DNA of 64,000 nt from Candidatus Kaiserbacteria bacterium (GTDB lineage: Bacteria > Patescibacteriota > Minisyncoccia > Phycocordibacterales > UBA2100): contig CP066682.1 in NCBI GenBank assembly GCA_016432285.1, positions 666,274 through 730,273 on the forward strand. Reading direction: 5' to 3'. The notes beneath the pieces were generated by a model. The model was not told the DNA's origin. It made no database searches and worked only from the letters and a program-made list of their open reading frames with translations. Shown one piece after another: positions 28,645 through 36,422 of this stretch (its first letter is position 1; each line of letters opens with the position of its first letter). A program made the position numbers and the translations under genes.

Positions 28645-28682
28645 AAAACGAACGGGGCGGCCCCAAGCCGCCCCGTTTTCTT
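28645..28682. terminator. bidirectional terminator between convergent genes
   Basis: ACGGGGCGGC-cccaa-GCCGCCCCGT perfect 10-bp stem, A-run before and T4 after. Confidence 0.7.
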
Positions 28683-28697
28683 ATTGCCGTCTTTTTC

Positions 28698-29246
28698 CTA
28701 CTGCGCCAGGAAGCTGCGATTGACCGCCGTTCCCCCCGCGGTCACGATCGCGTCGAGCTTGATGTCGAATTTCTTGTCGCCGTCGTCGACGTAGATGATC
28801 GCGTAGTAAATCTTGCCCTTTTCGGTGGCTCGCAAAAGCGACACCGTGCCATTCGCCACTGCCGTGCCGTCGAAGCGCGACGCGCCCAAGACCCAGCCAT
28901 TGGCGTCCTTGATTGCGATCCACGAAGGCTTCACGAGTGTCGCGCTCGCGATGATTACGCTGCCACCCGCAGGCTGGTCGTTGACCGAAAGCGACTCGCC
29001 GCTCGAGGCGGTCGTCATGCTCGCGGTGGAGCTTGTGCCGCCCGAAGTGCTGCCCGTAGCCGTGCCATTTGTCGAACCGGTCGCCGTGCCCGTGGCAGTG
29101 CCGGTCGACGTGCCAGTCGTTGTCCCCGTGTTTTCAGGAGCCGGAGCTTGCGGGTTGCGGCTCCAGATCCACCAGCCACCGATAATAACGACGAGCGCGC
29201 CGACCCCGATGAGGATCCACTGCGTCGTCTGATTTTTCATGTCCAT
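28698..29246 (-). CDS. membrane-anchored extracellular protein with long Thr/Gly linker and C-terminal beta-rich domain (about 182 aa)
   Basis: Likely start MDMKNQ/MKNQ (29246/29240); TM ILIGVGALVVIIGGWWIW, linker TGTTTGTSTGTATGTATGSTNGTATGSTSGG; shares anchor-linker design with 14542..15021. Confidence 0.55.
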   Translation of the reverse strand: MDMKNQTTQWILIGVGALVVIIGGWWIWSRNPQAPAPENTGTTTGTSTGTATGTATGSTNGTATGSTSGGTSSTASMTTASSGESLSVNDQPAGGSVIIASATLVKPSWIAIKDANGWVLGASRFDGTAVANGTVSLLRATEKGKIYYAIIYVDDGDKKFDIKLDAIVTAGGTAVNRSFLAQ

Positions 29247-29370
29247 AATTCGTTGCATCTCTAAATGAATACTAATGAATGTCCCCAGTGTACGGGCAGC
29301 TCCGGTTTGGTCAACCACGACGGCGGACGACCACAGACAACCTTCATGTACGCCATCTATAGTTTTGTGT

Positions 29371-29934
29371 ATGGAAATCTGGCACACGATCGCGGGCGAT
29401 ATTGAGAAAAAGACGGCGCAGGAGACGATCCAGTGGATCAACGGTGAGCTCTATTCGAAACCCATCACCCGTCTCCGCGTCTTGATCGCTTCCGGCGGGG
29501 GCGACATCGATGCGGGTGTCAATCTCCACATGTACCTGAAGGCACTCCCCTTCGACGTGGAAACCATCGGCTTTGGGAAAGTCGACGCCGCCGCGATTCC
29601 AATTTTCCTTGCGGGTACGCGCCGGCTCGCGGTGCGCGGCTGCCAATTCTTCTTCCACGAAGGGCGTTACTTCATCGAGGACCAAACCGCGCCGATCCAC
29701 GTGCACGAGGAAGCGGTATCGATCTTCAAGCGCAACCTGCACGACACGATCTACATCATCGCGCGCGAAACGGAGAACGACACCGAGGTGGTCGCAAAAA
29801 TGCTGCGCCGGAGCAAGATCATGAATGTGGACGAGGCGAAGGAGTTCGGCCTCTGCACCGAAGTGATCGACACGCTGCCTTTGCAACAGCAAGAGCAGTT
29901 TGGCTTCAAGTTCGGCGAAAAGCGACTGGTTTAA
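29371..29934 (+). CDS. ClpP/crotonase-fold protein, ClpP-like with catalytic Ser apparently replaced (187 aa)
   Basis: Internal ATG at 29371 (MEIWHTIAG...) with TATAGT directly upstream; aligns to ClpP core (ASGGGDIDAGVNLHMYL ~ INSPGGSVTAGLAIYDTM); His (FFFHEG) and Asp present, but GQAASMG region reads GKVDAAAIP. Confidence 0.5.
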   Translation: MEIWHTIAGDIEKKTAQETIQWINGELYSKPITRLRVLIASGGGDIDAGVNLHMYLKALPFDVETIGFGKVDAAAIPIFLAGTRRLAVRGCQFFFHEGRYFIEDQTAPIHVHEEAVSIFKRNLHDTIYIIARETENDTEVVAKMLRRSKIMNVDEAKEFGLCTEVIDTLPLQQQEQFGFKFGEKRLV

Positions 29935-30566
29935 GCGAGCAATGCCTCTTCGATGGCCTCCGACGAGATCACTCCCTCACGGAGAATGTACGGCTCCTCG
30001 GACCGCACATCGACCACGGTCGAGCGCAGGTCGGAAGAAAGTGTGCCTCCATCGATCGCGAGGTCGATCTTGGTCGCATCCTTGCCGAGATCTCGGAGTA
30101 CGCCTTGGAGCGCGGCGGCCGCAGGCTCACCGCTCTTATTGGCGCTTGTCGTCGTGAACGGTTTGCCGAAAGCGGCGGCAAGCTGGAGGCAGAAATCGTG
30201 TTTCGGGATCCGCACCCCGATCGTAGGAAGGTCGCGCGCGATGCCGCCTTCCACGTGCGGCTTTTTGGCGAGCACGAGCGTGAGCGCTCCTGGGAGAAAT
30301 CGATCCGCCAACTTTTTGGCCGCGGGCGTCATCTCCGCGTACGCCTCGATCATATGCATGTCTGCAAAAATGGCGTGAATCGGGCGACGCTCGTCGCGCT
30401 CCTTGATGGCGCACACAGCCGCAAAGCCGGCGTCGGAAAAGGCGTCGGCCCCGAGGCCGTAGAGCGTGTCGGTGGGATACACGATCACGCCGCCACGCCG
30501 GAGCACCTCCGCCGCCTTTTCTACACACGCCTCCAGTCCATCTTTCGCAATCGAGAGACGTTCCAT
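29931..30566 (-). CDS. tsaC: L-threonylcarbamoyladenylate synthase (TsaC/YrdC)
   Basis: YrdC fold motifs VIVYPTDTLYGLGADA and FTTTSANKSGEP; 211 aa. Confidence 0.85.
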   Translation of the reverse strand: MERLSIAKDGLEACVEKAAEVLRRGGVIVYPTDTLYGLGADAFSDAGFAAVCAIKERDERRPIHAIFADMHMIEAYAEMTPAAKKLADRFLPGALTLVLAKKPHVEGGIARDLPTIGVRIPKHDFCLQLAAAFGKPFTTTSANKSGEPAAAALQGVLRDLGKDATKIDLAIDGGTLSSDLRSTVVDVRSEEPYILREGVISSEAIEEALLA

Positions 30567-30711
30567 GGTGCGCGCTGAGGGGATCGGTCACGCGTACTTT
30601 GCTGCTGCAAAGTCGCGCGACCCCGCCTCGGCCCGTCGGCCTCCGGCTTTCAATCCCTTGCTCCCATTTGCTCCGCAAATGGATGCGCCGACCTGCGCTT
30701 GCATGTTCATA
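30567..30711 (-). other. structured tRNA-trailer element after tRNA-Val, ending in a copy of the tRNA-Val 3' end (GGTGCGCGCTGAGGGGATCG)
   Basis: 30567-30586 identical to 30712-30731 (tRNA-Val 3' acceptor/T-arm); internal hairpins (CCATTTGC..GCAAATGG; TTTGCAGCAGCAAAG); shares GAAAGnCGGAGGC and CCGAGnCGGGGTCGCG blocks with the tRNA-Glu trailer. Confidence 0.4.
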
Positions 30712-30786
30712 TGGTGCGCGCTGAGGGGATCGAACCCCCGACCCTCGTCACGTCAAGACGATGCTCTACCACTGAGCTAAGCGCGC
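30712..30786 (-). tRNA. tRNA-Val (anticodon GAC), CCA encoded
   Basis: GCGCGCTTAGCTCAGTGGTAGAGCATCGTCTTGACGTGACGAGGGTCGGGGGTTCGATCCCCTCAGCGCGCACCA; anticodon loop TTGACGT. Confidence 0.9.
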
Positions 30787-30896
30787 GTTACCTGTTTTCA
30801 AACGAACTCTGCGCGATTGGCGCCGGTAAACCGCATCATCCACCGGAGCTGAGCGCAGCGGCGAAAGTATAACAAAGTTGCTCCCGCTCTGGTAGT

Positions 30897-32675
30897 TTAG
30901 GCATCCTTCAAAAATCCGCCCGCCTGACGCTCCCAGAGGGCGGCGTACTGCCCGCCTTTGTGGAGGAGCTCGTCGTGCGTGCCGTCTTCAATCACGGCCC
31001 CGCGCTCGAGCACGATGATGCGATCCATCTCGCGGAGCGTGGAGAGCCGGTGCGCGATTGCGATCACGGTCTTCCCTTTCATGAGCGCGTGCAAAGCCGC
31101 CTGGATCGCGCCCTCGCTCTCGCTGTCGAGTGCGGAAGTGGCTTCGTCGAGGAGGAGGATCGGCGAGTTTTTCAAAATGGCGCGCGCGATCGCGATGCGC
31201 TGACGCTCTCCCCCGGAGAGCTTCACGCCGCGCTCCCCCACGAGCGATTCGTATCCGCTCGCGAGCCGCTTCACGAACTCGTCTGCATGCGCGCGTTTCG
31301 CGGCTTCGACGATCTCCTCGGCCGTGGCCTGCGGTTTGCCGTAGGCGATGTTCTCGCGGACAGTGCGGTGAAAAAGGAGCGGCTCCTGCGGTACCACCGC
31401 AATCGAGGCGCGCAAGCTCTCCTGCGTCACACCCGCGATATCGACCCCGTCGATCTTGATCGTGCCCGAATCGAGATCGTGGTGCCGCAGCAAAAGGCGC
31501 ATGAGCGTCGATTTGCCCGCGCCACTGCGACCCACGAGCCCCACGCGCTGCCCCGCGGGAATGGTGAGCGAAAGATCCGGGAACACCTTCATCGCACCGT
31601 ACGAGAAGACGAGGTTTTCGAGCGCGATTTCGCCGCGCTGCACCGCAAGCGGTTTGGCGCCCGGTCGGTCTGGAATGTCATGCGGCGCGACGATCTCCTG
31701 AAGACTCTCCTGTATCTCTCCCCAGGTTTCGGCGAAAGAGTTGAGCTGCGACCCGATCGACTGGAAGAGGCGCTCGATCGAGAAGATGATCGTGATGACG
31801 AGCACCACATCGCCCGGGCTGATCGCCCCCGTCTGCGCGAATCGCACCGCTGCGTAGACCATGGCGCTGCCGAAGATCACCTGCAAGACATTGTTGAGCG
31901 CGAGCATCCGCTCGCCGAAGTGCCAGTTACGAAGACCCGCCTTGCGGCGCTCGTCGATCGCTGCTTTGAGGCGGTCGATCTCGAACCGCCGGCGCGCGTA
32001 CTCCTGCATCGTCGAGATGTTGGTCATGAGGTCGACCGTCGAGCCGTTGAGGCCGGTTTCGAGCTGCTGGGAGCGCGCCGCGATCGGCACACGCTTTTGG
32101 ACGAGATACACGTTGAGGGCTGCCACCGCTAAGAGCCACGCGAGAAAAATGCCCGCGAGCGTGGCGCTCGCGGTGAAGGCGATGATGAAGCTCGCGATGG
32201 AGGCGACGAGAAATTCCATGAGCTGCCACAGAATCTGCTCCACCATGTGCAGCATCCCGTTGGCCGCGTGTGTGATCTTGTTGCCAAGAGAGCCCGCGAA
32301 GCGGTCGGAAAAGTACGAACGGCTGTGAAGCGTTACGTAGCTCGTGAGTGCGTGGCGGGCCGTCGCGCGCGCGCCGGTGGCCCAGTACGATCCGAGAAAT
32401 CCGCTCACCCGCCAGATCCCCTTTGCCGCCGCGAGGGCGAGGATGTACGCGACGCACGCGTAGATGAGTGGTTCGTACGGACCACCGTACGGCAGCCCTG
32501 CGGCCGCGTTGGCGATGAGCTTGAAGATGTAGGGCGTGCTCGAATAGAGCGCGCCCGCCACGAGCACGGCGAGCGTGGCAGGAATCGCGAAGCGTATGTG
32601 CGGGCGCGAGGCGAAGAGGAAAAACTTAAAGGGGTTGGTCCCTTCGGGGTAGTCGTTGCGCCAGTTGGTGGTCAT
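30897..32675 (-). CDS. ABC transporter, fused permease/ATP-binding exporter (MsbA/lipid-exporter-like)
   Basis: Six N-terminal TM then Walker A GRSGAGKST, signature LSGGERQR, Walker B ILLLDEATSALD; 592 aa. Confidence 0.9.
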   Translation of the reverse strand: MTTNWRNDYPEGTNPFKFFLFASRPHIRFAIPATLAVLVAGALYSSTPYIFKLIANAAAGLPYGGPYEPLIYACVAYILALAAAKGIWRVSGFLGSYWATGARATARHALTSYVTLHSRSYFSDRFAGSLGNKITHAANGMLHMVEQILWQLMEFLVASIASFIIAFTASATLAGIFLAWLLAVAALNVYLVQKRVPIAARSQQLETGLNGSTVDLMTNISTMQEYARRRFEIDRLKAAIDERRKAGLRNWHFGERMLALNNVLQVIFGSAMVYAAVRFAQTGAISPGDVVLVITIIFSIERLFQSIGSQLNSFAETWGEIQESLQEIVAPHDIPDRPGAKPLAVQRGEIALENLVFSYGAMKVFPDLSLTIPAGQRVGLVGRSGAGKSTLMRLLLRHHDLDSGTIKIDGVDIAGVTQESLRASIAVVPQEPLLFHRTVRENIAYGKPQATAEEIVEAAKRAHADEFVKRLASGYESLVGERGVKLSGGERQRIAIARAILKNSPILLLDEATSALDSESEGAIQAALHALMKGKTVIAIAHRLSTLREMDRIIVLERGAVIEDGTHDELLHKGGQYAALWERQAGGFLKDA

Positions 32676-32731
32676 AGGTGTAAGACGGATCGGAATGGCT
32701 CTCTCTACTGTATTGATATATAACGGATCAT

Positions 32732-33910
32732 ATGAAAATCCTAGGTATCGAAACGAGCTGCGACGAGACGGCTGTGTGCCTTATTGAGGGCACGGGCGAC
32801 TTCGGGCCCGATTTCAATTTCAAGATCCTCGGCAATGCGCTCGCCTCGCAGGCGCAATTCCACGCGCAGTTCGGCGGCGTCTTCCCCGCGATGGCCAAGC
32901 GCGAGCACTCGAAAAATATCGTGCCGCTTCTCAAAGACGTATTCGAGCAATGCGGCATCGCACCGACTCCAAGGACTCCCCTCGGAGCGCCCCGAGGTCT
33001 GTCCTTGGAAACAGTCCTTGAGCGGGAGCCGGAGCTCTTGAGGCAGCTTGTTCCCCTCCTCGAGACGCACGGTCGGCCTGATGTTGACGCGATCGCCGTG
33101 ACCGTCGGTCCAGGCCTCGAGCCCTGCCTCTGGGTCGGTGTCAATTTCGCGCGCGCCCTTTCATTGGTATGGAATGTCCCCGTCGTTGCGGTCAACCACA
33201 TGGAAGGCCATATCGTGATGTCGCTCATGCGCCTCGAGAAAGATTCGGGCAGCATGCAGAAATTCGAATTCCCGGTGCTCGCGCTCCTCATTTCGGGCGG
33301 ACATACCGAGCTCATACTCATGCGTGATTTTGGCTCGTACGAATACCTCGGTCGCACGCGCGACGATGCCGCAGGCGAAGCATTCGACAAAACCGCTCGC
33401 CTCATCGGTCTTCCCTACCCCGGAGGGCCGGAGATCGCGCGCCGCGCAAGCGCGGCGCGCGCAGCTGGCGAAGTCTCCGACGCGCACCTTCCTCGTCCCA
33501 TGATCAAGGAGGACAATTTCGACTTCTCCTTCTCCGGCCTCAAAACCGCCGTGCTGCGCGCGACGGAAGGAAAGACACTTTCCGAGACTGAAGTGAGAAA
33601 AATTTCCCGCGAGATCGAAGAGTCGATCGCCGATGTGCTCGTGGAAAAGACGATCCGCGCTGCATCCGCATACGGGGCCAACACGATCGTGCTCGGCGGC
33701 GGCGTGTCGGCCAACACCTACATCCGCGAGCGCTTCGCCGATCGCATGTCGAACGAAGCAAACGCCAGCTATCTCCTCTCCTCGCCCCCCGGGTACTCCA
33801 CCGATAACGCGCTCATGATCGCGCTCCCCGGCTACTTCCGCGCGCAGCGCAGAGAGTTTTCCCACGTATCCGATCTTATTGCCAACGGCAACCTTCGGCT
33901 CACGATTTAA
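32732..33910 (+). CDS. tsaD: tRNA N6-adenosine threonylcarbamoyltransferase (TsaD/Kae1/Gcp)
   Basis: MKILGIETSCDETAV, metal-binding HMEGH, LLISGGHTE; 392 aa; TATAAC-like box 8 nt from ATG. Confidence 0.95.
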   Translation: MKILGIETSCDETAVCLIEGTGDFGPDFNFKILGNALASQAQFHAQFGGVFPAMAKREHSKNIVPLLKDVFEQCGIAPTPRTPLGAPRGLSLETVLEREPELLRQLVPLLETHGRPDVDAIAVTVGPGLEPCLWVGVNFARALSLVWNVPVVAVNHMEGHIVMSLMRLEKDSGSMQKFEFPVLALLISGGHTELILMRDFGSYEYLGRTRDDAAGEAFDKTARLIGLPYPGGPEIARRASAARAAGEVSDAHLPRPMIKEDNFDFSFSGLKTAVLRATEGKTLSETEVRKISREIEESIADVLVEKTIRAASAYGANTIVLGGGVSANTYIRERFADRMSNEANASYLLSSPPGYSTDNALMIALPGYFRAQRREFSHVSDLIANGNLRLTI

Positions 33911-34191
33911 AATGTCCCGGCTCCGTGCGTTACGGCCCCAAACACCACGAGTACATTCACCAGAAGCCAGAGAGAGTAAGCGACCGTAATCTGCCTGTCG
34001 CGATGGACCACGCCGTAGAGGATCCACGGGAGGTCAAGGAGCGCGGGAATGAGCCAGGAAAGTACGGAAACTCCCGTGGCATCGTTCAGAATGTAGATTT
34101 TGAGTATCTGTGGAAGTGCGGTCAAGGGGCCGACGATGCCGACAAAAAGGACGAGCCTATCAAGAATTCGGATCCAGTAGGCGCTCCGCAT
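33907..34191 (-). CDS. second SemiSWEET / PQ-loop transporter (94 aa)
   Basis: Three TM with PQ motif (LTALPQILKIYI); stand-alone between tsaD and valS. Confidence 0.7.
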   Translation of the reverse strand: MRSAYWIRILDRLVLFVGIVGPLTALPQILKIYILNDATGVSVLSWLIPALLDLPWILYGVVHRDRQITVAYSLWLLVNVLVVFGAVTHGAGTF

Positions 34192-34223
34192 CCGAATAAG
34201 TATATCGTGCTATCATCGGCGCC

Positions 34224-36422
34224 ATGGAAGAACTTTCGAAGGCACCGAAAGCATTTCTAAAACCCTACAATCCGGCGGAGTACGAGCCCGAAATGCTCGA
34301 CGCCTGGGAAAAGAGCGGCTACGCCAACCCCGACGTCTGCGTCGAAAAGGGCGTCACGAAGAAAGACGCTCCCACCTACTCGATCGTCCTCCCCCCGCCA
34401 AATGTGACGGGCACCTTGCACATGGGACACGCGGCGATGCTCGCGATCGAGGACATCCTGATCCGCTACCACCGCATGCGCGGCTTCCGCACGCTCTGGC
34501 TCCCAGGCACCGACAGCGCGGCGATCGCGACACAGTCCAAGGTAGAAGCGGACATCTATAAGAAAGAAAAGAAAACGAGGCACGACCTCGGTCGAGAGGA
34601 GCTGATGCGTCGCATCGACGCCTTCGTCGAGGAGAGCAAAGCTACGATCATCAACCAAACAAAAAAAATGGGCTCGAGCCTCGACTGGAGCCGCTACGCC
34701 TACACCATGGACGAGAAACGCTACGCCGCTGTCATGGAGGCGTTCGTGCGCATGTACGACGCTGGCCTCATCTACCGGGGGGACCGGATCGTCAACTGGG
34801 ATCCGAAATCGCAGACCACGGTGGCCGACGACGAGATCGAGTACGTGGAGCAAAAAGACCCCTTCTATCACTTTCAGTACGGCCCCTTCGTGATCGCGAC
34901 GGTGCGTCCGGAGACCAAATTTGGCGACAAGTGGGTCGTGATGCACCCGGACGACGAGCGATACGCGCAGTATGCGCACGGGCAGCAGCTCGAGCTCGAA
35001 TGGATCAACGGCCCCATCACGGCGACGATCATCAAAGATCCGAGTATCGATATGTCGTTCGGCTCGGGCGCCATGACGATCACGCCCGCGCACGATGCGC
35101 ACGACTTCGAGATCGCCAAAAAGTACGGCCTCGAAATCGCGCCGGTGATCGACGAGCGCGGGATACTCCTCCCAATTGCCGGCGAGTTTGCGGGCCAGCA
35201 CATCAAAAAAGCGCGGGCAGCCGTGGTCGAGAAATTGAAAAGTAAGGGCCTCGTGGTGCAGGTGGACGAACAGTACATGCACAACGTGGCCACCAACTAC
35301 CGCGGCGGCGGTGTGATCGAGCCGCAGATCAAGAAGCAGTGGTTTATCGACGTCAACAAGAGCGCGCAATTCCCCGACGGCAAGACGCGCACGCTGAAAG
35401 AGTGGATGCGCGAGGCGGTGCAGTCGGGTGCGACGAAGATCATGCCCGAGCGCTTCGAAAAGATTTATTACCACTGGATCGACAACCTCCGCGACTGGAA
35501 CATCTCTCGGCAAATCTGGTTTGGCCACCGCATTCCCGCGTGGTTCCGGGGCGAGGAGATCAAAGTCCAAATCGATCCGCCAGCTGATGGAGCCGCCGCA
35601 GGCTGGGAGCAAGACCCGGACGTGCTCGACACGTGGTTCTCCTCGGGCTTGTGGACCTTCTCCACCTTGGGATGGCCCGAAGATACCGAGGATCTCAAAA
35701 TCTACCATCCGACTGCCGTGCTCGAAACGGGGTACGACATTCTCTTTTTCTGGGTCGCCCGCATGATCTTGATGAGCGGATTCTTGCGTGGCGAGGTCCC
35801 CTTCAAGAGCGTGTACCTGCACGGCCTCGTGCGCGACGGGAAGGGCCGCAAGATGTCGAAATCGCTCGGCAACATCATCGATCCCCTCACCATGATCGAA
35901 AAGTACGGCGCCGACGCCGCGCGCCTCTCTCTTGTCATCGGCGCGCAGATGGGCAACGACGTGAAGCTCTCCGAGGATCGCGTGCGCGGCTACAAGCACT
36001 TTGCCAACAAAGTATGGAACATCGCCCGCTTCGTACTCGAGAATTACGATGCGAAAAAAAATGGACATTCGATGTCCATACTTCCTTCGGATCAAAAACT
36101 GGTAGACGAGGCGATGATCGTGGCCAAGGAGGTGTCGGACAACATCGATAAGTTCCGCCTCGATCTCGCGGCTGATCAGGTGTACCACTTCGTGTGGGAT
36201 CGTTTTGCCGCAGAAATACTCGAAGAATCGAAGCCGATCTTGAAGGGCGTGGACGAAGCTGCCAAAGCTTCGCGAGCCGTGGCGCTCCACCAAATACTCG
36301 TGATCTCGCTGAAGCTCCTCCACCCCTTTATGCCGTTTGTGACGGAGCGCATCTGGAAGGAGCTTCCACAGAAGGACGCCGATCTTCTCATGGTCGCTCC
36401 GTGGCCGAGTACAATTGGCTAA
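34224..36422 (+). CDS. valS: valine--tRNA ligase, short form (732 aa, no C-terminal coiled-coil)
   Basis: PPPNVTGTLHMGHA HIGH motif, KMSKSLGN, editing domain; contains palindromic repeat copy D in frame at 36053-36085. Confidence 0.9.
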   Translation: MEELSKAPKAFLKPYNPAEYEPEMLDAWEKSGYANPDVCVEKGVTKKDAPTYSIVLPPPNVTGTLHMGHAAMLAIEDILIRYHRMRGFRTLWLPGTDSAAIATQSKVEADIYKKEKKTRHDLGREELMRRIDAFVEESKATIINQTKKMGSSLDWSRYAYTMDEKRYAAVMEAFVRMYDAGLIYRGDRIVNWDPKSQTTVADDEIEYVEQKDPFYHFQYGPFVIATVRPETKFGDKWVVMHPDDERYAQYAHGQQLELEWINGPITATIIKDPSIDMSFGSGAMTITPAHDAHDFEIAKKYGLEIAPVIDERGILLPIAGEFAGQHIKKARAAVVEKLKSKGLVVQVDEQYMHNVATNYRGGGVIEPQIKKQWFIDVNKSAQFPDGKTRTLKEWMREAVQSGATKIMPERFEKIYYHWIDNLRDWNISRQIWFGHRIPAWFRGEEIKVQIDPPADGAAAGWEQDPDVLDTWFSSGLWTFSTLGWPEDTEDLKIYHPTAVLETGYDILFFWVARMILMSGFLRGEVPFKSVYLHGLVRDGKGRKMSKSLGNIIDPLTMIEKYGADAARLSLVIGAQMGNDVKLSEDRVRGYKHFANKVWNIARFVLENYDAKKNGHSMSILPSDQKLVDEAMIVAKEVSDNIDKFRLDLAADQVYHFVWDRFAAEILEESKPILKGVDEAAKASRAVALHQILVISLKLLHPFMPFVTERIWKELPQKDADLLMVAPWPSTIG
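36053..36085. repeat. palindromic repeat family copy D inside the valS reading frame (AATGGACATTCGATGTCCATAC)
   Basis: 20-nt core ATGGACATTCGATGTCCATA identical to reverse complement of copy C; encodes ...AKKNGHSMSILPS... in a variable loop after the conserved RFVLEN motif. Confidence 0.65.

Noticed and set aside
14900-29130. Short tandem nucleotide repeats (ACCGGCACC-like) that might suggest a CRISPR or VNTR
   Set aside because: They are in-frame Thr/Gly linker codons inside surface-protein genes, with no spacer-repeat periodicity and no cas genes.
28629-29264. 211-aa plus ORF and other plus/minus shadow ORFs (for example 15117..15812, 13403..14006, 45077..46549, 41017..42550)
   Set aside because: All are antisense to confidently identified genes and have shadow-ORF amino-acid composition.
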